Shown here: one piece after another, positions 12,580 to 31,530 of the stretch
How positions within the stretch are numbered: position 1 is the stretch's first letter
Layout of the letters: each line of letters opens with the position of its first letter
DNA from: Eledone cirrhosa
Taxonomy: Eukaryota
Reading direction: 5' to 3'
DNA length: 64,000 bases
Assembly (NCBI GenBank): GCA_964016885.1
Contig: OZ024762.1
Span: forward strand, 16,120,001 to 16,184,000
Translations under genes and position numbers: made by a program
The notes under the pieces: model-generated
Databases searched by the model: none
The model's input: the letters and a program-made list of their open reading frames with translations, nothing else
Told to the model about the DNA's origin: nothing

Positions 12580-12884
12580 CAGTTGTCCCCCAGTATTTGT
12601 GGGGATTACATTCCTAGAGAACCCAGAAGAGTGAAAAACCGTGAATAATGGACATGGTCCATAAAAATCCATATTAACGTCAAAATATAATGTAAGATAT
12701 AGGCTGGCAAATACGGTATATTGTTAATAATTTAGTGTTAAAAAATATATATTGCCATGATAAAAGCCCTTAAAAAAATCATGGAAGGTATTTACGATTC
12801 CGTGAATATGCTGTGGTTTCCCACGAACATTCCCATTATTAATTAGGTTCTAAAGAAAATTCCGCAAATGCCAGGGGTACACTG
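12580..12884. mobile_element. Tigger/pogo-like MITE
   Basis: TA|CAGTTGTCCCCCAGTATTTGTGG ... CCGCAAATGCCAGGGGTACACTG|TA; imperfect TIRs with TA flanks. Confidence 0.65.
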
Positions 12885-12973
12885 TATGTCCCTTCTCCTG
12901 CACTGATTATATACATTGTCAAGATAGCAACTGAAATATGCTCATGACATATATTCTGTAAGCTGAAATAATT

Positions 12974-13155
12974 GTTTCTACTTTTGGCACAAGGCCGGCA
13001 ATTATCCCAGTGTATTACTGGTACTTTATTTTATCGAGCCCGTAAGGCTGAAAGGCAAAGTTAACCTCGGCAGGATTTGAACTCAGATCATAAAGGGCCG
13101 TAACTCTTTGCTACAAAGCATGGCGTCCGACCTCTACTGATACTGCCAATCCACC
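12974..13155 (-). mobile_element. SINE with a Nin/Deu-like central domain
   Basis: Minus strand has B-box GAGTTCAAATCC followed by GCCTTTCAGCCTTACGGGCTCGATAAAATAAAGTACCAG; a diverged + strand copy lies at about 18722-18890. Confidence 0.6.
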
Positions 13156-13346
13156 TGATAGAGAGACAGGCATGATACTATTGACAGAAAATTGATTTCT
13201 GATAATGAACGGAAGCAATTTAGACTATTCCCCCTCAGCTCTTATTTTTTTCATCTTACATTTGTTTTCCATGAAGGCCTTTGATAGATAGTGTTTGTGT
13301 GACAGACGGACAAAAAGCGTATGTTGTTGCTATAATATAAATTTGA

Positions 13347-13532
<186 letters not shown>

Positions 13533-13704
13533 TGATACATAACAGGCATGCAAATGAAAAGTCCTATGAAACTTAAAGTATTTTGAGGACATGACTAATT
13601 ACCATGCATTAAATCAAATAATATAACCATACTCTACTACCCCAAGTATTGAGTACTCTGTTGAGTAATGGTCTAACCAGTTTCAAGTTGAATCCATCCT
13701 GATT

Positions 13705-14232
13705 TCATCATCATCATCATTTTAAGTCCGCTTTTCCCTGCTTGCAAGGGTGTGACGGGTCCTATTCAGCACAGCATCTCTCCACTTGTCACGGTCCTTC
13801 GTCATCTCCACCGTGAGCTTCAGCAATCTGAAGTCTGTTCTCACCACCTCCGCCCATGTTTTTCGTGGTCTACCTCTACCACGTCTTCCTTCAACTGGCA
13901 CTTCTTCACCCATCGGTCATCCTCCATACGCATCACATGTCCATACCACCTCAGTCTCCTCTCAGACACAGTTTCTCTCTCAACACTTTCATGCTGGGTC
14001 GATCACGCACATTGACACTCCACATCCAACGGAGCATGCTTGCCTCATTTCTCTCCAGCCGTTGCATATCCTCTGCAGTTGCTGCCCAAGTCTCACTACC
14101 ATGCAGCATCACGCTCCTCACACAGGCATCATATAACCAGCCTTTCGTACGCAGGGAGAAACCCTTCTTCGTCAGCAGAGGAAGCAGCTCCCTAAACTTC
14201 TTCCAACCCGTCCTTATTCTAGATACTATGGC
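13705..14232 (-). mobile_element. RTE-clade LINE 3' fragment
   Basis: Reverse complement of the 8537 fragment and colinear with 62098-62660; contains small deletions. Confidence 0.9.
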
Positions 14233-14254
14233 CTTATATATATATATATATTTT

Positions 14255-14285
<31 letters not shown>

Positions 14286-14288
<3 letters not shown>

Positions 14289-14457
14289 TCACTGTAAATG
14301 AGGTTGGTGTTAGGAAGGGCATCCAGCTGTAGAAATGAAGCCAAATCAGTTCCTGTATGAGCAAGGCATGGTCAGGCGACCAGACACTGCCCACAACAGG
14401 ACAACCCGTCTAACATATGCTAGCATGGAAGAACGGACATAAAACGGTGATGATGAT
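14286..14457 (+). mobile_element. SINE 3' half
   Basis: CACTCACTGTAAATGAGGTTGGTGTTAGGAAGGGCATCCAGCTGTAGAAA...GATGATGAT tail; similar to about 46660-46843. Confidence 0.75.
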
Positions 14458-15098
14458 ATATCATCATTGTCCTGTGCACTCCTTATTTTGAATTTATATT
14501 CTAAAGACTTAATCATGCGGACTTTTTTTTGAAACTATCTAATTATAGACATCACACTGCCTGGTCTGTTTTCTTCTATTCACCCTTCTGGCCTTTTATA
14601 TGCCTCAGTGTTCTTCTTTATCTACTCATTTGACTTCAGTCCTTATTCTCTTCTCTTTACTATTTCTCTCATTTGGCTAAGCCCTTGTACACTCTATATT
14701 TGTATAATTTGCCTTTAGGTATAACTTGTCGTCTCTACCTGTTTTGTTATGTCCCAATGTACACTGGAATGAATGGTATCGGCCTTAATATACCAAAACT
14801 ATTGATTTCCAGAGGTTGACTGTGGAGATGGGACTGTCTGTCTTTCCGTTGTTTTTTTCTATCCTGTGCACTCCCTAATATATATATATATATATGGTGG
14901 CTGCCAACTCGTTTTCGAGTACGGCCACTACTTTATATCCATGTAGGAGAACCCCTACCCGTGCGCTGACGAGTGTGACTTTTTAGTCCAGCCAGCGACT
15001 TGAAAACTCTGGTACAAACACTACACTTGTGACAATTATTGACACAGTGCTGGGCCCATGGTACCATATGACGACAAGTGCAGATATATATATATATA

Positions 15099-16380
15099 TA
15101 TACAAATTAAAATGAAGAATTAGAATTAGGACTATCCATCATCAGTGATCTACTAGCCATCATAGGTATTTCTTCGCATTAAAGACCAGATACCTCCAGC
15201 TAGCCGAACAATAACTAAAATAAGTTATAGGGTTAAAAAGAATTGGGTGGAGAGAGAGAGAGAGAGAGGTGAACAAACATGAATGGTGAGGCAACGTAAA
15301 GAGAGGAAATAATGAGAAAATCAAGTCAATGATTCATTTGAACATAAGAACTTGCAAATATTGATGAGAAGACGAGAGACACATCCCAACCATGCGAAAA
15401 AGTAAGTGAGGAAAGAATTAGGCACGGTGTGGGACGATGGAGGAAGTGAGGAAAGAATTAGGCACGGTGTGGGACGATGGAGGAAGTGAGCAAAGAATTA
15501 GGCACAGTGTGGGACGATGGAGGAAGTGAGGAAAGAATTAGGCACGGTGTGGGACGATGGAGGAAGTGAGCAAAGAATTAGGCACGGTGTGGGACGATGG
15601 AGGAAGTGAGGAAAGAATTAGGCACGGTGTGGGACGATGGAGGAAGTGAGGAAAGAATTAGGCACGGTGTGGGACGATGGAGGAAGTGAGCAAAGAATTA
15701 GGCACAGTGTGGGACGATGGAGGAAGTGAGGAAAGAATTAGACACGGTGTGGGACGATGGAGGAAGTGAGGAAAGAATTAGGCACGGTGTGGGACGATGG
15801 AGGAAGTGAGGAAAGAATTAGGCACAGTGTGGGACGATGGAGGAAGTGAGGAAAGAATTAGGCACGGTGTGGGACGATGGAGGAAGTGAGGAAAGAATTA
15901 GGCACAGTGTGGGACGATGGAGGAAGTGAGGAAAGAATTAGACACGGTGTGGGACGATGGAGGAAGTGAGGAAAGAATTAGGCACGGTGTGGGACGATGG
16001 AGGAAGTGAGAGAGAGGGTGAGTGAGTGAAAGTGTGAGGAAGAGGCTAGCCGAGAGAGGGTGACTAGCAGAGGGGGTGAATGAAAGTAAGAGGGAGAAGG
16101 AGAGAAGGGAGAGAGAGAAAGAGGATAGCAGTAAGGGAAGAGAAAAAGCAGGTCACAGCAAAGGGGAAAGCATCCTCTCTTTACGTTGCCTCACCATTCA
16201 TGTTTGTTTACCTGTCTCTCTCTCTCTCCACCCAATTCTTTTTAACCCTATAACTTATTTTAGTTATTGTTCACACTAGCCTGAGGTATCTGGTCTTTAA
16301 TGCGAAGAAATACCTATGATGGCTAGTAGATCACTGATGATGGATAGTCCTATTTCTAATTCTTCATTTTAATTTGTATA
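15099..16380. repeat. Fold-back structure: inverted repeats of about 210 bp enclosing a 40-bp minisatellite
   Basis: 15099-15307 is the near reverse complement of 16173-16380. Confidence 0.9.
15403..16010. repeat. 40-bp minisatellite, about 15 copies
   Basis: Unit GAAAGAATTAGGCACGGTGTGGGACGATGGAGGAAGTGAG. Confidence 0.97.
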
Positions 16381-16441
16381 TCACATATGCAACAAGACAG
16401 CACGCCATTTTTCATTCCAATATATATATATATATATATAA

Positions 16442-16620
16442 ATGAAAAAAATTCAGGACCCCGACGGCTGAGCTCTGGCCTTTTCAACAGATCTAGCTGT
16501 TGAAACGGCTGGAGCTCAACCATCGGGGTCCTGAATTTTTTCATATTACCCACTCTACTGCCCCAAGTATTGAGTACTCTGGTGAGTAATGGTCTAACTG
16601 GTTTTTACCACCTCCATTCT
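16442..16620. repeat. Palindromic repeat family member (hairpin of about 100 nt plus conserved 3' tail)
   Basis: Arms 16442-16490 and 16497-16544; tail TATTACCCACTCTACT.CCC.AAGTATTGAGTACTCT shared with about 48050 and 13630. Confidence 0.8.
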
Positions 16621-17079
16621 GATATATATATATATATAGTAATATAACGAAGGGTTTAGAGAGAATTATACCATTTTATTAGTTTTATCCTTTTAGGATA
16701 CACAGGGCTGTGGTGTCTCTATTGTAAAAAAAACTAGGATGTTCGCAACCCAGGATACACACTGTATATGGAAAAATTGATCCTGTTTAATAATGAGATA
16801 GAGATATTAAAGTTGAACTCTGTGTGTGGCTCAAGAACAGAGATCAGTTGTCCTATTTTTGTTTTTTCTTTGTAGTTGTTGAATAAATTTACTCCTGCAG
16901 ATGATGTCAACCGAAAGATGTAGTCTATCCCAGTTAGGCTACTATATTTAAAAAAAAGATATATATTTCTCACTCCCCAAACACAAAAACACACACTGAA
17001 GAACAAAAGGAGAAGGAGAAGAAGTGTGATCCATCAGGATATATACGACTCAGTTTTGCCTGATTTCATTGCAGATATA

Positions 17080-17394
17080 CGGGGTGTCCCCCCCAAAAAA
17101 TGTATACACACTCCAACAGTATTTTAACCCTTTAGCTTTTACATTACTCTATATTTACTATTCTATTTTTGTGGTAAAAGCTTTACTTTACATAATATTG
17201 AATCCATGAGATTTTGATGTTATTTATTTTGAGAACAATATCTTAACATCAGTATGAGTGGTCAGTAAAAGCCGGTTTGAACAGAAAGTGGTGTGAGAAT
17301 TCTGGCTGGATACAGCTGGTTTAAATGCTAAAGGGTTAATAAATATTGCCTGTACAGGTAATCAAAGTGGGTATACATTTTTTGGGACACCCTG
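17080..17394. mobile_element. Tc1/mariner-type MITE (C.GGGTGTCCC ends, TA flanks) interrupted by a TTAA-specific MITE at 17128-17335
   Basis: Outer ends C(G)GGGTGTCCC / GGGACACCCTG; inner element TTAA|CCCTTTAGC...GCTAAAGGG|TTAA. Confidence 0.8.
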
Positions 17395-18350
17395 TATTTA
17401 TTGGAAATTGGTTATTTACATGCAGAAATTGTTTGGCCTTTATTGTAGCAGAAGAATATCATTGGTTTATTTTAATTTACACGCTGCCTTTCACATTTCA
17501 TTGATAAATGATTTTAAAGGGCTGTGAATTAGTAGTCCTTAGAGAATCAGATTATAGGACCCCAGCTTTGATTTCAAATCCTGTTAAAGTTAACAAACAG
17601 AACTACAGTTTATACTTATACCTTGTTTCATGATATTTCAGGGTTAAGAGCCCTTTTTTTAACAGAAAGGAAACAGTGTCTGATGATGATGGTGGTCCCA
17701 AAATATCAGGGAATATAAGATATAGGTGTAAATTGTTTTGTTTTCTTTTGTTTGTGTGACTTTACTCAAGATTTCACTCCAGCATTTCTAATTTGCATTG
17801 TACCAGTTTCCTGAAAACCATCTGAACCACATATCTTATAAAGACACACATCTATCTGTATAAAAACATTCATATATATATACACACACACACACATATA
17901 TCTCTCTCTACATTCATGCACACAACTCAAAACTACATTACAATTTCTTATTTTACGACACTCTTGTATCTATTTTCCCAAAACAATCCTAACCACATAA
18001 TTGAAAATTAATTACAGCTATGATAACATTGTCTATGTGACACTATATTTCCTTTCTTTTGAAAAGGGAGTGGTAACCCTGAAATATCATGAGAATTATA
18101 AGATAAAATTGTAAATTGTTTAGCTTTATTTCTCTTACTCTACTCTAGTTTTCAACAACTCTACTGTCTAACTTACATTTTACCAACTTTCCAAAAATAA
18201 TCCTATCCCCATATTTCACAATTCTTCACCTAAACTATACTACTTTCTTATATTACATTACATTTAATGTCTTCAACAATATTTCCCAACAATTCTTGTG
18301 TTTCTCACCAAGTCTTGTGCCTACCTTAAATACCATTGTTTTTGTTCTAG

Positions 18351-18392
18351 CTGGAGATATATTTCCAACGAATTAAAAACCCAAAACTCAGG
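18351..18392 (+). CDS. DOT1L: DOT1L internal exon (LEIYFQRIKNPKLR), end of the catalytic domain
   Basis: gttctag acceptor, gtaagt donor, 42 nt, phase 0/0; matches DOT1L LE.YF...KNPKLR. Confidence 0.96.
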
Positions 18393-18921
18393 GTAAGTGT
18401 TTAAACTTTGACATATTTTTTTAAAATTTCATCTTGTTGTTTTATTTTGCTTCTGTGATAATGCCTAGTTATTTTCATATCATAGAGATTATTAACATTT
18501 CAACATGATGACAGACTACATGTAAAGACCATCTATTCCTCGTTGATCTCTCACCATATTTTCTCATTTTCTTCTTCTTCTTAAGACTATTGTCATTGTT
18601 GTTATTATTATTGTTGTTGTTATAATAATAATTATTATCATTATAGTTATAATTTTATTACTAATATTATTATTATTATTATTACTATTATCGTTATTAT
18701 TATTATTATTGTTATTATTAATAAGCGACAAACTGGCAGAGTTCCTAGAGCATCGAATTAAATGCTTTGCAGTATTTGTTCCAGCTCTCTGCACTCTCAA
18801 ATCTCGTTGAGGTTAACTTGGCCTTTTGTCCTTTTGAGGTGGATAAATAAAGAACCAGTTCAGGGGCAGTGGATTGACAGATGTGAACCTACATATATAT
18901 ATATATGTATGTATGTATGTA

Positions 18922-18959
<38 letters not shown>

Positions 18960-18962
<3 letters not shown>

Positions 18963-19114
18963 TAAAATTCCATTGTAACGAGATTCACTGGGTGAAAAAG
19001 AAAGTTGTAACAAAACATTCTTTATAATGAGATCGACCAAACACATCGAGTGTGTGGCTGGGTGTTGAAAAAAAATTTGTTACATTGAAAAATTTGTTAT
19101 AATGGAATTTTTAC

Positions 19115-19117
<3 letters not shown>
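18960..19117. mobile_element. Tigger-like MITE
   Basis: CAGTAAAATTCCATTGTAAC...GTTATAATGGAATTTTTACCTG, TA flanks; second copy at 31349-31530. Confidence 0.7.
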
Positions 19118-19160
<43 letters not shown>

Positions 19161-19220
19161 TTGTGTGTATATATGTTTAAATCTATATGCATGCATACAT
19201 GCATAAATATATATTCAGAT

Positions 19221-19276
<56 letters not shown>

Positions 19277-19832
19277 GCATACAGATGCATTCTCACACAC
19301 ACATGTACATATATATGTATATGTATTTACTCTCAAGTATTTATTTGAGCTGATAATGTTATAAAGTCTTTTTTCTGTGGATTATATTTATTTACATGTT
19401 TGTGCTAAAAAGGTATGTGTATGTACATATGTATATGCATGTATATATATATATCTATATATATATATGTGTATGTATATATGTGTGTGTATATTTATGT
19501 ATATAGATAGACAAAGCAAGGTTGTTTTGTAACAGCAAGCAAAGCTTGAAATAAAGTAAAGGTATAAAGCGTATGCCATATTTTGACTAAAGTCAAAGTG
19601 CGTGTATATATATAAAAACTTCTGAATGGAAAAGAATGAATACTGATGGAGCACGGTGGTCTGGAAAACCAAAGATGTGGGTTCAATTCCCATGTAACGC
19701 CAATACTCATCCTTTTCCATTCAGAGAATTAAAAAAAAATCCTCTCTATCTGACTAATTTCTTTACTCAAAATATGGCATAAACTTATATTTCTACTTAA
19801 TTTATGTATATATATATATATATTTATATATA

Positions 19833-20699
19833 CGAGGTGTGTCAGAAAAGTTACAGGACTGATGTCACAAAAGATTTATTTCAAACCCAAACTTCACACT
19901 AAGTGTTTTCTCCTTCAAAGTAAATCCCTCTGGAGTCTAATGCACTTTTCCATCCTTTTTCTGCCACGCTTGCATGCACTCCTGGAAGGATTCTTCTGGG
20001 ATCCTCCGCAGTTCCGTCGTCACGGCCTTTCTGATGTCATCCAAGTCTTCAAAACGGGTCCCCTCCGGGTCATATTCAAAGATCTATGACTCATCACCGG
20101 TGATGACTGTCCCTAGCAAGTCTGGTTCGGTCTCAAGAAGCTCGAGGATGTCCTGACACACTTGCATGTGTCGACCTTTCTGGTCATCGTTCAGCAGTTT
20201 TGGCACCATCTTCGCTCAGACTTTCCGCATGTCCAAATCTTCAGTGAGAATCTTCCAGACGCTGTCCCGATTCATGCCCAGCTCATTTGCCATCAGTCGA
20301 ACAGTCAGCCGACGATTGCTACGCACCATCTGCCTGACGCGCTCAACATTGAACTCAGTCCTGGTTGTTGAGGGCCTTCCGTTCCTGGGGTCATCTTGCA
20401 CCACTCAACAACACGTGAGCGTGACATCGTCTCATCTCCATACACTTGCTGCAGCAATCCCAGTGCTTCTGACGGAGTTTTCAATTTTGTTCGTTGCTCT
20501 GTGGTCATTGCTTGACGACCTGAAACAGAGGACATGTATATAAAATTATGAAGAAAAAAGTTTGATCGCTGCAGAGAGCTAAGATTACAGTGACATACTC
20601 CAGGGGGATTACTTTGAAGGAGAAAACTCTTAGTGTGAAGTTTGGATTTGAAATAAATCTTTTGTGACATAAGTCCTGGAACTTTTCTGACACACCTCG
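19833..20699 (-). mobile_element. Non-autonomous mariner element, inverted copy of 4688-5602
   Basis: Same long TIRs (CGAGGTGTGTCAGAAAAGTT) with TA flanks and the same internal deletion junction (GACCCGGAG|GGGACCCG on the minus strand). Confidence 0.92.
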
Positions 20700-21251
20700 T
20701 ATATACATAGATACATACATATTTATATATATATATATACATGTGTGTGTATATATATAGAACATTTATGTTCAGGATAATACCTTGAAAAGCTAGAGTT
20801 AACTTGTATATATATATATATATACACACAGACATGTACACATAAATATACACATATATACATACATGCATTAAGGTAAATTTACTAGTTAGTGAATCTG
20901 TCATAATGCCGAATTTTCATTTGCGGTTGGTAGATAATTCTCATGGTCACAAATGTTTCTAAGATTTTAATAAAGAGTTCATACAGTTTTTAATATTCAA
21001 CCCCTTGTATTTTCATATGCAAATTTTCATGACCAAAAAAGGCAATATTCATATAAAAATTTAGTTTCAATGTTGTAATTTTTTTCAAAGTGATGATGTT
21101 TCTGTTTTTCTTTTTTTTTCTTTCCTTTTTCTTTCCTTTTTTTTTCCCTTTATTTTCTTCTTCTTTACTTTGAAAATTTCCTTCTCGAAGACAGCGGACT
21201 GTGAATTGCATTGGATCTTTGGAACGGTTCTGTTTTTGTAATTTGTCATGG

Positions 21252-21423
21252 TATATATATGTGTGTGTATATATATGTGTGTATATATATATATATATAT
21301 GTGTATATATATATATATTTGTATATATATATGTCTATATATATATATATATGTATAAATATATGTGTATGTATGTACATATATATATGTGTATGTATGT
21401 ATATATATATATGTGTATGTATG

Positions 21424-21472
<49 letters not shown>

Positions 21473-21801
21473 ATATGTATATATATATATATATGTATGT
21501 ATATATGTATATATATATATATATGTATGTATATATGTATATATATATATATATGTATGTATATATGTATATATATATATATATGTATGTATATATGTAT
21601 ATATATATATATGTATGTATATATGTATATATATATATGTATATATGTATATATATATATATGTATGTATATATGTATATATATATATGTATGTATGTAT
21701 ATATGTATATATATATATGTATGTTTGTATATATATATGTATATATGTATATGTATGTATATATATATATATATGTATGTATATATATATATATATATAT
21801 G

Positions 21802-21841
<40 letters not shown>

Positions 21842-22616
21842 GTATGTATGTATATGTATGTATATATATGTATGTATGTATATGTATGTATATATGTATA
21901 TATATATATATATATGTGTATGTATATGTATGTATGTATATGTATGTATATATATATATATATGTATGTATATATATATATGTATGTATATGTATGTATG
22001 TATATGTATGTATATATATATATATATGTATGTATATATATATATGTATGTATGTGTATGTATGTATATGTATGTATGTATGTATATATATATATATATG
22101 TATGTATATATATATGTATATGTATACATATATATATATGTATACATATATATATATGTATATGTATACATATATATATATATGTATATGTATGTATGTA
22201 TATGTATAGATATATGTAAATGTATGTATATGTATATATATATATATGTATGTATGTATATGTATGTATATGTATGTATGTATATATATGTATATGTATG
22301 TATGTATATATATGTGTATGTATGTATATATATGTGTATGTATGTATATATATGTATATGTATGTATGTATATGTATGTATATGTATGTATGTATATATG
22401 TATATGTATATATATATGTATGTATATGTATATATGTATGTATGTATATGTATGTATGTATGTATATGTATATATATATGTATGTATGTATATGTATGTA
22501 TGTATGTATATATATATATATGTATGTATGTATGTATATGTATATATATATGTATGTATGTATGTATGTGTATGTATATATGTATATGTATGTATATATA
22601 CGTATATGTATGTATA

Positions 22617-22656
<40 letters not shown>
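21252..22656. repeat. Interrupted (TA)n/(TATG)n microsatellite array
   Basis: Direct inspection. Confidence 0.97.
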
Positions 22657-22659
<3 letters not shown>

Positions 22660-23979
22660 AAGTGTGTATAATATCTCTAAACATTTTAAATTAATATCTT
22701 GGGTGGCTGAATGTTTACAGATAAACATTCATTTTTAAATCTTCTCATTTGGATTATCATCATCATCATCATAATCACCGTCATCATCATCATCATTAAT
22801 ATTTTGGTAATAGTCAAAAGTCCTCTTTTAATCACACAACATTACCAGAAGGTATCAGTTATATGTAGAAATTAATTTGTATTTTTTTTAATTTTATACA
22901 TTTTTTTTTTTTACATTTATAGTAAATAATTTGTTTGACACCCAACAACACAAAAATCTTAGTCGTTAATTAACTACCCAAGATTTACATAAATTTAATT
23001 AATCATTGCAAATATTTAATTATCTTTTTTTATTCCCCAGCCCCATTTTAATTTTTGTTGTTTTTTTTTTCTTCTATGTAGTGCCCTAAATAGTATAAAT
23101 AAAATTTAGCTTTTGGAGACATTATTATTATTATTAGTTGATGAATATTTCCTGAAACTATCTTCTCTTTTGGATCTGATGGATTTAGAAATTTTTTTTT
23201 ATTTCATGTTAATTTTAAAAAGATCTTCATTAAATTTTCACAATTTAAAAAAAAAAAAAAATTCATCTTTTTTTTTTGGTGGGGGGGGGGGTTTCATTTT
23301 GGTCCCCTTCTTCCCACCATCGGTTGTTTTTTTGTTTTTTTTTATTTTAAAATATATACATTTTTTCAATTGTGGAATGATATGACGTATTTGGTGATTT
23401 TTGTTCATCATTTCACGATAATATTTTTCATTGCAAAAAGTCTCAAAAAATTTTCCTGGCTGAAAATGGATTCTTTAAAAATCTGAAACATTTGTGAATC
23501 AATGTGATTGTAGGAATCCTTTTTGGAGTCCATAACATATTAATATATTATTTATAATTCACTATAATCATATACAGATTATTATCATTTATTACTATTA
23601 TTATTTTTATTAATATTATTATTATTATTATTATTAATATTATTTTGATAGTTCTACTTATGTATGTATTATTGGCTTTTAACTTATTTTCCCTAAATTC
23701 AGTGTTTCCAATCTCTCTTTTTCTTCTCTCAAATGCAAGATACGGCCATGTTTTGTAAGACTGGCAATGATCTCTGAAGGATACAGTGCCATTGCAGCAT
23801 GCCAGGTGGTGAATTCTGAGGACCTCATTCATTACACCAAAATTGATTTCTCACTTTCAGCATTCTTCCATTTGAGTTTTTGGTTTTTGTGATTTTTGGT
23901 TCCCTCTTTTATCTGTGTTGCATGTGTTAAAAATGATACTTTCATTAGTATTATTCATTATTATTATTATTTATTATTA

Positions 23980-24016
<37 letters not shown>

Positions 24017-24524
24017 CATTATTATTATTATTATTATTCCTCTTCCCTTAGAGAATTTCTTTCCTCATGGACAGTAAGAGTAGTACTACATGAACTGGGA
24101 GTAAAAACTTAAGCTGTAGTTTCTCACCATTGTCTTTGTTACTTCCAACATGGCAGCGAAGAAACTACCATTACACTAGACACTATATAGTGCTCTCCTC
24201 TTTGATTTCCATCAAATCCATTAGAATTATTACAGCAAAACTTATTCCATTTTCCATAATCTATATCCATTTGCTGATCTTTGTAATCCTTTGTTTTCTT
24301 AAAAGTTTAAAATAATGACAAAATAGTGATGAATTGCTTTCCTTGTTATATATTATTATTATACTAAGCTAAAGACTAATTTGGTAAATATAAAAGTAAA
24401 TATTATTACACATTATTACTACTGTTAGTATTGGTTTGCTTGTCAACTGGTAATTAGAAGTCACATTTAAAATTGTCTATGGTTAGTTCTGATAAAACCC
24501 AAAATATTGAGTAGATAACATTAA

Positions 24525-25029
24525 CCCTTTTGGCACCGAACTGCCTGAATCTGCTTCTTGTTCTTCACAAAGATGTTTATTCTAAAGTGGTTATATTTAT
24601 CTAAAAACCCTCCATCATGATTTTATGTAAGAACTTGAGAAGTTATGCTCCAAACACCAGTTTGATAATGAGCAAGTTATATTACTAAAGCCCTCAAAAT
24701 TCTTGGTTATATTCAAAATTACTTAAAAATTATAGGCTGTGTATTATTAGAAATATGGCATCAAAAGGAATCTTTTCGAAATTATTTGAAAATCCTTAGG
24801 CAGTGTATTTCATTAGAAATATGATAATGAAAGGATTAAGTATTTGTATTTATCTAAAAACCTTCCATCATAATTTTATCTAAGAATTTTTAAGTTATGC
24901 TCCAAACACCAGTTTAATAATGAGAAAGTTGGTTATGTTATTAAATCTCTCAAAATTCTTGGTTATTTTCAAAGTTATTTGAAGATCATTAGGCAGTGTG
25001 TTTTCACTTGAAATATGGTAACAAAAGGG
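24525..25029. mobile_element. piggyBac-like (TTAA) non-autonomous element with an internal duplication
   Basis: TTAA|CCCTTTTGGCACC ... GGTAACAAAAGGG|TTAA; related sequence at about 11035-11250 and 36440-36680. Confidence 0.65.
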
Positions 25030-25447
25030 TTAATGAAAGAACACAAAATGATGTTAAGGGTGTCAATCGATTGTCTGGATAAAATACCTAGATATGGGAG
25101 AAAGTTGAGGTGAAGGTGTTTGTGTCTGTTTCAAGTTGGTGTCTCCTCTTTGCTTTTTGCCTCTTAGATATAAGTGTTATTTCTTGATTTTGTCTGACTG
25201 GCTTCAATGTCAATTTTGGTATCTCCTTGTCTCTCCTTTCTTTGATGTAACCTATGTATCTCTGTTACAACTTAAAATAGCTACTAATAGAGATTAATTT
25301 AGTACTAAATAATTTTTTTTTTAATTCATCTTTTTTTTTCCATTCCATTTTTAATTCTCTCGCTCTCCATCCTTTCTCGCCTATAAAATATTCCATCAGA
25401 TTCCACAGGGAGGTTTTTTTTTTTTTAGCATTGAACAAAATTATACA

Positions 25448-31157
<5,710 letters not shown>

Positions 31158-31317
31158 TTTTTTTTTCCCCTCTTAGTTTCATTTAAAGTGAAGTCAGTCC
31201 AGTCAAATAACTTTATAAAGATGAGCAGTGAAATATATATTTTCTTTTAGTTATTTACATATATCTGATACCTTTTTGTCAAATTTGACCCATTTCCAAC
31301 ACCTAAATGTAAATATA

Positions 31318-31348
<31 letters not shown>

Positions 31349-31350
<2 letters not shown>

Positions 31351-31530
31351 GTGAAATTCCGTTTTAACGAAATTCCTGGGGTATAAAAAAAAATTTGTTA
31401 TAAGAAATATTCTTTCTAATGAGATGGAGAGAAACAAATTGAGTGTTTGTTATTACCTCTGGGATTGAAAAAATTTTGTTAAACTGAAAATTTATTATAA
31501 TTAAAATTCATTATAACGGAATTTTACCTG
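31349..31530. mobile_element. Tigger-like MITE (same family as 18960)
   Basis: CAGTGAAATTCCGTTTTAAC...TTATAACGGAATTTTACCTG|TA. Confidence 0.7.

Noticed and set aside
14760-15020. Hammerhead-like strings (near 14765; CTGACGA...GAAA at about 14967-15006) and CAGATGA...GAAA at about 16897-16925
   Set aside because: Core or stems are incomplete; at best decayed remnants.
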